Below, piece after piece: positions 47,013 through 59,241 of a stretch of DNA of 64,000 nucleotides. This DNA comes from Mobula hypostoma (Eukaryota), in contig NC_086097.1 of assembly GCF_963921235.1 (NCBI RefSeq), forward strand, positions 256,062,001 to 256,126,000, given 5' to 3'. A model generated the notes under the pieces. It did not search any database, was not told the DNA's origin, and saw only the letters and a program-made list of their open reading frames with translations. The position numbers were made by a program, and so were the translations under genes. Numbering within the stretch: the first letter of the stretch is position 1; each line of letters opens with the position of its first letter.

Positions 47013-49812
47013 TAACCATATAACCATATAACAATTACAGCACGGAAACAGGCCATCTCGGCCCTTCTAGTCCGTGCCGAACTCTTACTCTCACCTAGTC
47101 CCATCTACCTGCACTCAGCCCATAACCCTCCATTCCCTTCTTGTCCATATACCTATCCAATTTTTTTAAAAAATGACAAAATCGAACCTGCCTCTACCAC
47201 TTCTACTGGAAGCTCATTCCACACAACTACCACTCTCTGAGTAAAGAAGTTCCCCCTCGTGTTACCCCTAAACTTTTGCCCCTTAACTCTCAACTCATGT
47301 CCTCTTGTTTGAATCTCCCCTACTCTCAATGGAAAAAGCCTATCCACGTCAACTCTATCTCCCTCATAATTTTAAATACCTCTATCAAGTCCCCCCTCAA
47401 CCTTCTACGCTCCAAAGAATAAAGACCCAACTTGTTCAACCTTTCTCTGTAACTTAGGTGCTGAAACCCAGGTAACAGTCTGGTAAATCTCCGCTTTTCT
47501 CTCTCTATTTTGTTGACATCTTTCCTATAATTCAGTGACCAGAACTGTACACAATACTCCAAATTTGGCCTTACCAATGCCTTGTACAATTTTAACATTA
47601 CATTTCAACAACTCCTATACTCAATGCCTGATTTATAAAGGCCAGCATACCAACAGCTTTCTTCACCACCCTATCCACATGAGATTCCAACTTCAGGGAA
47701 CTATGCACCATTATTCCTAGATCCCTCTATGCTACTGCATTCTTCAATGCCCTGCCATTTACCATGTATATCCTATTTTGATTAGTCCTACCAAAATGTA
47801 GCACCTCACACTTATCAGCATTAAACTCCATTTGCCATCTTTCAGCCCACTCTTCTAACTGGCCTAAATCTCTCTGCAAGCTTTGAAAACCTCCTTCATT
47901 ATCCACAACGCTACTTATCTTAGTATCATCTGCATACTTACTAATGCAATTTACCACCCCTTCCTCCAGATCATTAATGTATATGACAAACAACATTGGA
48001 CCCAGTACAGATCCCTGAGGCACACCATTAGTCCCCGGCCTCCAACCTGACAAACAGTTATCCACCACTACTCTCTGGCATCTTCCATCCAGCCACTGTT
48101 GAATCCATTTTACTACTTCAATATTAATACCTAACGATTGAACCTTCCTAACTAACCTTCCATGTGGAACCTTGTCAAAGGCCTTACTGAAGCCCATATC
48201 GACAACATCCACCGCTTTACCCTCGTCAATTTTCCTAGTAACCTCTTCAAAAAATTCAGTAAGATTTGTCAAACATGACCTTCCATGCACAAATCTATGT
48301 TGACTGTTCCTAATCAGACCCTGTCTATCCAGATAATTATATATACCATCTCTAAGAATACTTTCCATTAATTTACCCACCACTGACGTCAAACTTACAG
48401 GCCGATAATTGCTAGGTTTACTGTTAGAACCCTTTTTAAATAACGGAACAACATGAGCAGTACGCCAATCCTCTGGCACCATCTTTGTTTCTAATGACAT
48501 CTGAAATATTTTTGTCAGAGCCCCAGCTATTTCAACACTAACTTCCCTCAAGGTCCGAGGGAATATCTTGTCAGGACCTGGAGACTTATCCACTTTTATA
48601 TTCCTTAAAAGCACCAGTACTTCCTCTTCTTTAATCATCATAGTTTCCATAACTACCCTACTTGTTTCCCTTACCTTACACAATTCAATATCCTTCTCCT
48701 TAGAGAATACCAAAGAAAAGAAATTGTTTAAAATCTCCCCCATCTCTTTTGGTTCCGCACATAGCTGTCCACTCTGATTCTCTAAGGGACCAATTTTATC
48801 TCTCACTATCCTTTTGCTACTGATATAATTGTAGAAAGCCTTTGGATTTATTTTCACCTTACTTGCCAAAGCAACCTCATATCTCCTTTTAGCTTTTCTA
48901 ATTTCTTTCTCGATTCTTTTTACATTCTTGATATTCCTCGAATACCTCATTTACTCCAAGCTGCCAATATTTATTGTAGATATCTCTCTTTTTCCGAACC
49001 AAGTTTCCAATGTCCCTTGAAAACCTTGGTTCTTTCAAACTTTTAACCTTTCCTTTCAACCTAACAGGAACATAAAGATTCTGTACCCTCAGAATTTCAC
49101 CTTTAAATGACCACCATTTTTCTATTACATCCCTCCCATAAAACAAATTGTCCCAATCCACTCCTTCTAAATCCTTTCGCATCTCCTCAAAGTTAGCCTT
49201 TCTCCAATCAAAAATCTCAACCCTGGGTCCAGTCCTATCCTTCTCCATAATTATATTGAAACTAATGGCATTGTGATCACTGGACCTGAAGTGCCCCCCA
49301 ACACATACCTCTGTCACCTGACCTATCTCATTCTCTAACAGGAGATCCAACACTGCCCCTTCTCTAGTTGGTACCTCTATGTATTGCTGCAAAAAACTAT
49401 CCTGCACACATTTTGCAAACTCCAAACCATCCAGCCCTTTTACAGAATGGGCTTCCCAGTCCATGCGTGGAAAATTAAAACCTCCCACAATCACAACCTT
49501 GTGCCTACTACAAGTATCTGCTATCTCCTTACAAATTTGCTCCTCCAATTCTCGCTCCCCTTCAGGTGGTCTATAATACACCCCTATAAGCGTTACTACA
49601 CCTTTCCCATTCCTCAATTCCACCCAAATAGCCTCCCTAGACGAGCCCTCTAATCTATCCTGCCAAAGCACCGCTGTAATATTTTCTCTGACAAGCAATG
49701 CAACACCTCCCCCTCTTGCCCCTCCGATTCTATTTCACCTGAAGCAATGAAATCCAGGAATATTTAGTTGCCAATCACATCCCTCCTGCAACCACGTTTC
49801 ACTAATAGCTAC
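47013..49812 (-). mobile_element. CR1 subfamily E, nearly complete ORF2 (EN and RT, YADD) with (TATATGGT) tail
   Basis: ORFs 48898..49698, 47727..48950, 47326..47598 and 47153..47347. Confidence 0.9.
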
Positions 49813-50215
49813 ACTCACAACCACTGGAGGAACTCAGCAGGTCGGGCAGCATCCGTGGAAAAGATCAGTCGACGTTTCGGGCCAGAACCCTTCGTCAGGA
49901 CTGTCGGGGGAAGGGGCAGAGGCCCTATAAAGAAGGTGGGGGGAGGGTGGGAAGGAGAAGGCTGGTAGGTTCCAGGTGAAAAACCAGTAAGGGGGAAGAT
50001 AAAGGGGTGGGGGAAGGGAGGCAGGGAGGTGACAGGCAGGAAAGGTGAAGAAAGAATAGGGGAAAACACAATGGGTAGTAGAAGGAGGCGGAACCAAGAG
50101 GGAGGTGGTAGGCAGCTGGGGGAGGGAGCAGAGTGACATAGGGATAGGGGAGGGGAGGGGGAGGAAATTACCGGAAGTTGGAGAAGCCTATCACCTCCCT
50201 GCCTCCCTTCCCTCC
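49813..50215 (-). mobile_element. Penelope-like element 3' end (…FSNFR* plus pyrimidine-rich UTR and hammerhead), with a short inverted UTR piece at about 50186-50215
   Basis: The minus strand reads ttctccaacttccggtaa (as at about 3563-3580), then a C/T-rich tract and cagtcctgacgaagggttctggcccgaaacgtcgactg. Confidence 0.8.
49866..49903 (-). ncRNA. Minimal type-I hammerhead ribozyme motif (intact core)
   Basis: CAGUC-CUGACGA-A-GGGU(UCUG)GCCC-GAAAC-GUC^-GACUG: 5-bp stem I, 4-bp stem II, palindromic ACGU stem III. Predicted cleavage between 49871 and 49870. Confidence 0.75.
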
Positions 50216-50840
50216 CTCAAACAGGAGTACCTATTGTCAAGGGGCACAGCCACCGGGGTACTCTCTATTACCTGACTCTTCCCCTTCCCCCTCCTAACCG
50301 TGACCCACTTGTCTGCCTCCCGTGGCCCCGGAGTGACCACCTGCCTGTAACTCCTCTCTATCAACTCCTCACTCTCCCTGACCAGATGAAGGTCATCGAG
50401 CTGCAGCTCCAGTTCCCTAACGCGATCCCTTAGGAGTTGCACCTCGGCGCACCTGGTGCAGATGTGGACGTCCGGGAGGCTTGGAGACTCCAGGGCCTCC
50501 CACATCCGGCACCGAAAACAACAAACTGCCCTCACAATCATACTGCCCCTCTCCTCAAATAACAACAAAAAATGGATACCAAACCTTCCTCGCCTCGCCC
50601 GTTTCCGCCTAAGCCTGTTGAGCCGAAGCCCTTAAGCCTTCACTCTGCCCCCGGCTCACTCCGCTGCCTGCAAACTACGCTGCCCACTGTATGAGGCTCT
50701 GTTCCTTTTAAATCTTCCGCGCTTCACTGCCCAACGTCACACGCCTGCGCAGTCCCGCCTCTCTGAACGCCGATGGAAAAAAACCCGAAAAATTCAAAAA
50801 TGTCTTCCTCCGCACTCCCGCTCCGATTCTCATACTTCCT
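50216..50840 (-). mobile_element. CR1 subfamily D 5' UTR and ORF1 N-terminus (Cys-rich and coiled coil)
   Basis: ORF 50191..50568 has CFRCRMW…HICTRC…LRDRVRELELQL; CpG-rich 5' UTR. Confidence 0.82.
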
Positions 50841-50940
50841 TCTTGTATGTACAACAGGATAGTGAATATAACATAGAAATACAGTTGTATTAACATGAAT
50901 TAATCAGTCTGATGGCCTGGTGGAAGAAGCTGTCTCAGAG

Positions 50941-53935
50941 CCAACGACATAGGCAGGAAAAGGGAGGAAGTCCTGAAAGTAGACTGCAGGGAGTTAGGAA
51001 AGAAGTTGAGAAGCAGGACCACAAAGGTAGTCATCTCAGAATTACTGCCTCTGCCACGTGACAGTGAGTTTAAGAATAGAGTGAGGTGGAGGATAAATGC
51101 ATGGCTGAGGGATTGGAGCAGGGGAGAGGGATTCAGATTTCTGAATCATCGGGACCTCTCTTGGGGCAGGTGTGACCTGTACAAAAAGGAGAGGTTGCAC
51201 TTGAATCCCAGGGGACCAATATCCTGGCGGGGAGGTTTGTTGAGGCTACTGGGGAGAGTTTAAGCTAGGATTGCTGGGTGGATGGGAACCAAACTGAAGA
51301 GACAAGAGGAAGAGGTGGTTGGCTCACAAAAGCTTGTAGACGATGTGAGAGAGAGGATAGGCAGGTGATAGAGAAGGGACGCACTCAAACCGATGGAGTA
51401 TTAGGAACAAAGCAGATGAGCTTACAGCATGGATCATTACTTGGAGCTAGGATGTTGTGGCCATTACAGAGACTTGGATGGCTCAGGGGCAGGAATGGTT
51501 ACTTCGAATGCCAGGCTTTAGATGTTTCAGAAAGGACAGGGAGGGAAGCAAAAAGAGGTGGGAGTGTGGCACTGTTGATCAGAGATAGGGTCATGGTTGC
51601 AGAAGAAGAGGAAGACATGAAGGGATTGTCTACGGAGTCTCTGTGGGTGGAAGTTAGGAACAGGAAGGGGTCAATAACTTCACTGGGTGCTTTTTATAGA
51701 CCACCCAAAAGTAACAGGGACATCGAGGAGCGGATAGGGAGATACAGTCTGGAAAGGTGTAATAATAACAGGGTTGTCGAGATAGGAGATTTTAATTTGG
51801 ATTTGGTATTGGGAAATGAACCTGGTCAGGTGTTAGATCTCTCAGTGGGAGAGCATTTTGGAGATAGTGATCACAATTCTATCTCCTTTACCATAGCATT
51901 GGAGAGGAATAGGAACAGACAAGTTAGGAAAGTGTTTAATTGGAGTAAGGGGAAATATGAAGCTATCAGGCAGGAACTTGGAAGTATAAATTGGGAACAG
52001 ATGTTCTCAGGGAAATGTACGGAAGAAATGTGGCAAATGTTCAGGGGATATTTGCGTGGAGTTCTGCATGGGTATATTCCAATGAGACAGGGAAAGGACG
52101 ATAGGGCACAGGAACCGTGGTGTACAAAGGCTGTTGTAAATTGAGTCAAGAAGAAAAGAAAAGCTTACAAAAGGTTCAAAAAACTACATAATGATAGAGA
52201 TCTAGAAGATTATAAGGCTGGCAAGAAGGAGCTTAATAAAGAAATTAGGAGAGCCAGAAGGGGTCTTGGCGGATAGGATCAAGGAAAACCCCAAGACATT
52301 CTACAAGTATGTGAAGAGCAAGAGGATAAGATGTGAGAGAATAGGACCAATCAAATGTGACTGTGGAAAACTGTGTATGAAACTGGAGAGATAGCAGAGG
52401 TACTTAATGAGTACTTTGCTTCGGTATTCACTACAGAAAAGGATCTTGGCGTTTGTAGGGATGACTGACAGTGGACTGAAAAGCTTGAGCATGTAGATAT
52501 TAATAAGGAGGATGTGCAGGAGCTTTTGGAACGCATCAAGTGGGATAAGTTACCGGGACCGGACAAGATGTACCCCGGGCTACTGTGGGAAGCGAGGGAG
52601 GAGACTGCTGAATCTCTGGTGATGATCTTTGCATCATCAATGGGGATGTGAGAGGTTCCGGAGGATTGGAGGATGTTGTTCCATTATTCCAGAAAGGGAG
52701 TAGAGATAGCCCAGGAAATTATAGACCAGTGAGTCTTACTTAAGTAGTTAGTAAGTTGATCCTGAGAGGCAGGATTTATGAACATTTGGAGAAGCATAAT
52801 ATGATTAGGAATAGTCAGCATGGCTTTGTGAAAGGCAGGTCGTGCCTTACGAGCCTGATTGAATTTTTTGAGGATGTGACTAAACACATTGATGAAGGTA
52901 GAGCATTAGATGACATTGCTTTGTGGATCCAGAACTGGCTTGCCACAGAAGGCAAAGAGTGGTTGTAGATAGGTCATATTTTGCATTGAGGTCAGTCACC
53001 ATCCCTCCACTTCCTCATCCAGGTTATTTATAAAAATCACAAACGTTGGGGGTGTTGCGGGTAGTGTGGGGGGCTGTTAGAGATCACAGCGGGACATTGA
53101 TAGGATGCAAAACTGAACTGAGAAGTGGCAGATGGAGTTCAACCCAGATAAGTGTGAGGTGGTTCATTTTGGTAGGTCAAATATGATGGCAGAATATAGT
53201 ATTAATGGTAAGACTCTTGGCAGTGTGGAGGATCAGAGGGATCTTGGGGTCCAAGTCCATAGGACACTCAAAGCTGCTGCACAGGTTGACTCTGTGGTTA
53301 AGAAAGCATACGGTGCATTGGCCTTCATCAATCGTGGGACTGAGTTTAGGAGCTGAGAGGTAATGTTGCAGCAATATAGGACCCTGGTCAGACCCCACTT
53401 GGAATACTGTGCTCAATTCTGGTCGCCTCACTGTAGGAAGGCTGTGGAAACCATAGGAAGGGTGCAGAGGAGATTTACAAGGATGTTGCCTGGATTGGGG
53501 AGCATGCCTTATGAGAATAGGTTGATGAAGGACCTATTCTCATCCTCCTTTTTTCCTTGGGGTGATGGAGGATGAGAGGTGACCTGATAGAGGTGTATAA
53601 GATGATGAGAGGCCTTGATTGTGTGGATAGTCAGAGGCTAGCAGGAGAGGGCACAGTTTTAAGGTACTTGGAAGTAGGTACAGAGGAGATGTCAGGGGTA
53701 AGTATTTCATGCAGAGAGTGGTGAGTGAATGGAATGGGCTGCCGGTAACGCTGATGGAGGCCGATATGATAGGGTCTTTTAGGAGACTCCTGGATAGGTA
53801 CATATAGCTTAGAAAAATAGAGGGCTATGGGTAATCCTAGGTAATTTCCAAGGTAAGGACATGTTCAGCACAGCTTTGTGGGCCAAAGGGCCTGTATCGT
53901 GCTGTAGGTTTTCTATGTTTTCTATGTATGTTTCT
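50941..53935 (+). mobile_element. CR1 subfamily D, ORF1 C-terminus and decayed ORF2 to the 3' tail
   Basis: TNDIG…VVISELLP (ORF1); EN ORF 51278..52144; RT pieces to ttctatgtttttctatg. Confidence 0.85.
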
Positions 53936-53977
53936 GTCTCCTGCCTGTCCTTTCTATCATCTCTGTTGATTTATTTA

Positions 53978-55125
53978 GGTCAATGGCAGATGCAATCTCA
54001 ATGGTTCTCTACAAGGCTTTAGATCACTTGGACAACACAAACACCTATGTTAGGAGGATGCTGTTCATCGACTATACTCAGCATTTAATACCATCATTCC
54101 CACAATCCTGATTGAGAAGTTGCAGAACATGGGTCTCTGTACCTCCCTCTGCAATTGGATCCTCGACTTCCTAACTGGAAGACCACAATCTGTGCGGATT
54201 GGTGATAACATCTGCTCCTCGCTGATGATCAACACTGGTGTACCTCAGGGGTGTGTGCTTAGCCCACTGTTCTACTCGGTCTGTACCCATGACAGTGTAG
54301 ATAGGCATAGCTCAAATACCATCTATAAATTTGCTGATGATACAACCATTGTTGATAGAAACTCAGATGGTGATGAGAGGAAGTACAGGAATGAAATACG
54401 CCAACTAGTAGAGAGGTGTCGCAGGAACAACCTGGCACAATGTCAGTAAGACGAAAAAGCAGATTATGGACTTCAGGAAGGATAAGACGAAGGAAGACAT
54501 ACCAATCCTCATAGAGGGATCACAAGTGGAGAGACTGAGCAGTTTCAAGATCTCCGAGGATCTAACCTGGTCCCAACATGTCGATATAGTTATAAAGAAG
54601 GCAAGACATCGGCTGTACTTCATTAGGAATTTGAAGAAATTTGGCGTGTCAACAAATACACCCAAAAACTTCTATAGATGAACCGTAGAGAGCATTCTGA
54701 CAGGCTGCATCACTGTCTGGTATGGGGGGAGCTGCTGCACAGGACCGAGAGAAGCTGCAGAGGGTTGTAAATCGAGTCAGCTCCATCTTGAATACTAGCC
54801 TACAAAGGACATGTTGAGGGAGTGGTGTCTCAGAAAGGTAGCATCCATTAGTAAGGACCTCCAGCACCCAAGGCATGCTCTTTTCTCACTGTTACCATCA
54901 GGTAGGAGGTACAGAAGCCTAATATACAGTATTTGTTTTTAGCACTTTTAAAATCTATTCAATATACATATACTGTATTTGATTTACTTATTTTTTTATT
55001 ATTTGTATTTTATTTATTATTATTATTTGTTTTTCTCTTCTCTGTTATGTATTGCATTGAACTGCTGCTGCTAAGTTAACAAACTTCATGTCACATGCCG
55101 GTGACAATAAACCTGATTCTGATTC
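53978..55125 (+). mobile_element. Rex1/Babar-type LINE 3' half
   Basis: ORF 54120..54449 ([16 protein letters not shown]…FADDTT); aataaacctgattctgattc tail. Confidence 0.82.
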
Positions 55126-55475
55126 ACTAGTCACTGTCGGCCAAACAGAAAAAGTTCCCTTTATTCCCACTCTTTGCATCCTGTCAATCTGCCAATGCTC
55201 TAATACCATGGATTTTTAACTTGTTCAGCAGCCTCAGGCGTGGCACCTTGTCAAAGATTTTGTGCAAATCCAGGTACACATCATCCACCGAAATTCAAAA
55301 GGATGTGATGCTGGGGCTTTACAAGGCAGCAGTTGGACTGTACTTTTGAGCAGTTTTGAGCCCTTATCGAAGAAAATATGTGCTGATGTTGAAGAGGATC
55401 CAGAGGAAGTTCACAAGAATAATCCCAGGAATTAAAGTTTTAACATGAGGAGTGTTTGATGGCTTTGGGCCTGTA

Positions 55476-56074
55476 GTAGTAGGCAGAAGTTGATCCCATG
55501 GAATCATGGGTTTGTGCCTCTGGTGGACTATGCCCTCTCCAGGGCACAAGCCTGGGCAGGAAGGTTTGAAGAACTGGCTGTTGCCCATGCAACGGGTTCC
55601 CCCTCTCCACATCACTGATGTAGTCCAAGGGAAGGACAAGCATCGATACAGTTTGGTACCAGTGTCGTCACTGACATTGCCAAAGTGAAGTTGTAAACAA
55701 CATCAAACTGCCTTAGGGACCCCAGCTCCGGATTTCTTCTTTAGGGTTTACTCCCGAAGCCTTTCCCATGGGTGGGTATGGCTGCAAGGCAGAGGAAGTG
55801 TAAAATCAGAATTTTCCTTCTCCTAGGCAGGCTGCCGTCCAAGGCTGACGAGCCCCACTTGTCCGAAGCAGCCGGTTTTAAGGTGCCAGAGGTCCGCCTT
55901 TGCCCTTTCTCTTGTCAGTAGAAACAGCTCCTCCGGGCCTAGTCGCTGAGCCACACGTAAAGGCCAAGAGTTGGACTTGCTTGTTAGAGGCTGTTAGAGA
56001 TGCACGCCATTTGGAGCCCTTTATAGGTAGTGGGAACTTATCCCCACTACCACCCCCAAGCTATGACAACCTTA
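55476..56074 (-). mobile_element. Non-autonomous RTE-like retro-insert (599 bp)
   Basis: 9-bp TSD GGGCCTGTA at 55467-55475 and 56075-56083; (TAC)n tail on the minus strand; internal blocks resemble RTE 5' UTRs (from recall). Confidence 0.65.
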
Positions 56075-56174
56075 GGGCCTGTACGCACTGGAATTTAGAA
56101 GAATGATGGAGAATCTCATTGAAACTGATTGAATATTGAAAGGTCTGAATTGAGTGGATGTGAAGGGGATGTGA

Positions 56175-57650
56175 TCTGAGCCTCTGGCTAGGATCTTTAT
56201 GTCCCCGTTGTCCACGGGAATGCTACCGAAGGATTGGAGGGAGGTGAATATTGTCCCCTTGTTCAAAAAAGGTAGTAGAGATAGTCCGGGTAATTATAGA
56301 CCAGTGAGCCTTACGTCTGTGGTGGGAAAGCTGTTGGAAAAGATTCTTAGAGATAGGATCTATAGGCATTTAGAGAATCATGGTCTGATCAGACACAGTC
56401 AGCATGGCTTTGTGAAGGGCAGATCGTGTCTAACAAGCCTGATAGAGTTCTTTGAGGAGGTGACCAGGCATATAGATGAGGGTAGTGCAATGGATGTGAT
56501 CTATATAGATTTTAGTAAGGCATCTGACAAGGTTCCACACGGTAGGCTTATTCAGAAAGTCAAAAGGCATGGGATCCAGGGAAGTTTGGCCACGTGGATT
56601 CAGAATTGGCTTGCCTGCAGAAGGCAGAGGGTCATGGTGGAGGGACTACATTCAGATTGGAGGATTGTGACTAGTGGTGTCCCACAAGGATCTGTTCTGG
56701 GACCTCTACTTTTCGTGATTCTTATTAACGACCTGGATGTGGGGGTAGAAGGGTGGGTTGGCAAATTTGCAGATGACATAAAGGTTGGTGGTGGTGTAGA
56801 TAGTGTAGAGGATTGTTGAAGATTGCAGAGAGACATTCATAGGATGCAGAAATGAGCTGAGAAGTGGCAGATGGAGTTCAACCTGGAGAAGTGTGAGGTG
56901 GTACACTTTGGAAGGACAAACTCCAAGGCAGAGTACAAAGTAAATGGCAGGATACTTGGTAGAGTGGAGGAGCAGAGGGATCTGGGGGTACATGTCCACA
57001 GATCCCTGAAAGTTGCCTCACAGGTGGATAGGGTAGTTAAGAAAGCTTATGGGGTGTTAGCTTTCATAAGTCGAGTTTAAGAGTCGCGATGTAATGACGC
57101 AGCTCTATAAAACTCTGGTTAGGCCACACTTGGAGTACTGTGTCCAGTTCTGGTCACCTCACTATAGGAAGGATGTGGAAGCATTGGAAAGGGTACAGAG
57201 GAGATTTACCAGGATGCTGCCTGGTTTAGAGAGTATGCATTATGGGCAGAGATTAAGGGATCTAGGGCTTTACTCTTTGGAGAGAAGGAGGATGAGAGGA
57301 GACATGATAGAGGTGTACAAGATAATAAGAGGAATAGATAGAGTGGATAGCCAGCGCCTCTTCCCCAGGGCACCACTGCTCAATACAAGAGGACATGGCT
57401 TTAAGGTAAGGGGTGGGAAGTTCAAGGGGGATATTAGAGTAAGGTTTTTTACTCAGAGAGTGGTTGGTGCGTGGAATGCACTGCCTGAGTCAGTGGTGGA
57501 GGCAGATACACTAGTGAAGTTTAAGAGACTACTAGACAGGTATATGGAGGAATTTAAGGTGGGGGCTTATATGGGAGGCAGGATTTGAGCGTCGGCACAA
57601 TATTGTGGGCCAAAGGGCCTGTACTGTGCTGTACTTTTCTATCTTCTATG
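56175..57650 (+). mobile_element. CR1 subfamily A, 5'-truncated RT and tail
   Basis: ORFs 56199..56819, 56871..57080 and 57094..57588. Confidence 0.9.
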
Positions 57651-58770
57651 TTTCCTATAATGGAGGAGTCTTGGACTAGAGAACACAGCTTCAGAATTGA
57701 AGGAAGTCCATTTAGAACTGAGATGAGGAAAAAAATTCTTTTTGCACAGTTAAGAGCAGTGGGAATGCCAGGACAGATAGTGGAAAGCCCTTCTTGTAGG
57801 ATGTGGAAAGGCAGGGAGACCTCCAGAGTCCCTGATGACTACACCTGCAAGAAGTATATCCAGCTGTAGTTTCTTTCAGAGGGTATTAAGGAATAGGAGC
57901 TGGAGCTGTATAAACTCCAGGTGACTTTGGAGGCTTATCAAGTCATTGGGGATATCTAAAGTGGAGGTTTATAGGTTCTTGATCAGTCAGAGTGTCAAAG
58001 ATTATGGGGAGAAGGCAGGAGAATTGGTTGAGAGGAATAATAGATCAGCCATGATAGAATGGTGGAGTAGACTTGATGGGACAGCTGGCCTAATTCTGCT
58101 CTTGTGCCTTATGATCTACAAGGCAGCCAGTTACAAAAATAAAAGGGAATTCAGAAGCTTGTTCACTGGAGTAGAGAGAACTTGGAATTTGTGACTACCA
58201 CAGGAAGTAGTTGAAGTGGATTATAGAGAAGCCATTATGAGAGAATAGAAATTTACAGTGATATTGATACTGTTGTATATCAAATGAATTAAATGTTATG
58301 GATTATCCAGAGAATTTCAGGATGACTTTTCTGCATGTCAGGGCAGAATAGAGAAGCTGAATGGCTTTCTGCTGCCCCTGTTATATTCTTATATTCCATG
58401 TCATTTCAAAAATTAATTTTATCATTATAGAGAGATTCTTTATTTGTATACAATTAAGAAGACAAAAAATGTATAGCTCTTCATCATTCTTAGCTTATCC
58501 AATTCATAAACAGTACAGGTACACGTTGTAAGAGCAAAATACAATTAACTTAAAGAAACACTGGCAAATATAACTGATTAATTTGAGTTCAAAATACATA
58601 AGTCGTGGTGTTCTGTTAGCAAGTTAATGGTGTATCAAATATCTTATTTCCCTTCATTTTTCAGTATAACCAGTTCTGCATATGAATATATCAGAATTTT
58701 TTAATACTTCTAATGCACTGTTAGACTCCATACATTTCTTGCAGCAAACCATTTGCAGCATGACACTTAC

Positions 58771-58905
58771 ATCAATAACCGCATCAGTCAAGTGTTTCTG
58801 CTGTCGGAAAAGGATATTTGTTGCCCCAGCAACAAATCCACGCACGGAGACATCAGAGAGAAGGTGATGCTGCTGCAAGGCCATATATGGTAAACAAAGA
58901 TAACC
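58771..58905 (-). CDS. AVL9: AVL9 internal coding exon (135 bp, phase 0/0): GYLCLPYMALQQHHLLSDVSVRGFVAGATNILFRQQKHLTDAVID
   Basis: Peptide recognised as near-identical to vertebrate AVL9. On the minus strand, acceptor ttcttgcAG|GGT and donor GAT|GTaagt. Lies in AT-rich non-repeat sequence. Confidence 0.93.
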
Positions 58906-59241
58906 CTGCAAGAAAAATTCCTGTCACTAATTTTCAAATGTAGATAACAATGCCAATGGAAAACAAAACATGTAGCTTTCCAATCTGCAAACAATGTCCT
59001 TGTTTAGAGAAACCTTAAAAATTAGAAAAAACTCCCCTCCCTCATGTGACTTTCTGATAAAATTAACCAGTTCTGTCCCATTGGTTAATGAAATTAATTA
59101 AACCAAAAGTATATAATGTGGTTATATCTACATTTTTACTGCAATTCCAAAACCATCAAGAAAGCCAAACTAGCAAGAAAAGTGTTAGTTAGTTAAAATT
59201 GTTAAATAAATCGTAAACTTTTGAAAATGAATTCCAATTTA

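Noticed and set aside
49900..50165. G-rich purine tract with G-quadruplex potential
   Set aside because: It is the reverse complement of the pyrimidine-rich PLE 3' UTR (compare about 3580-3880); there is no evidence for a separate function.
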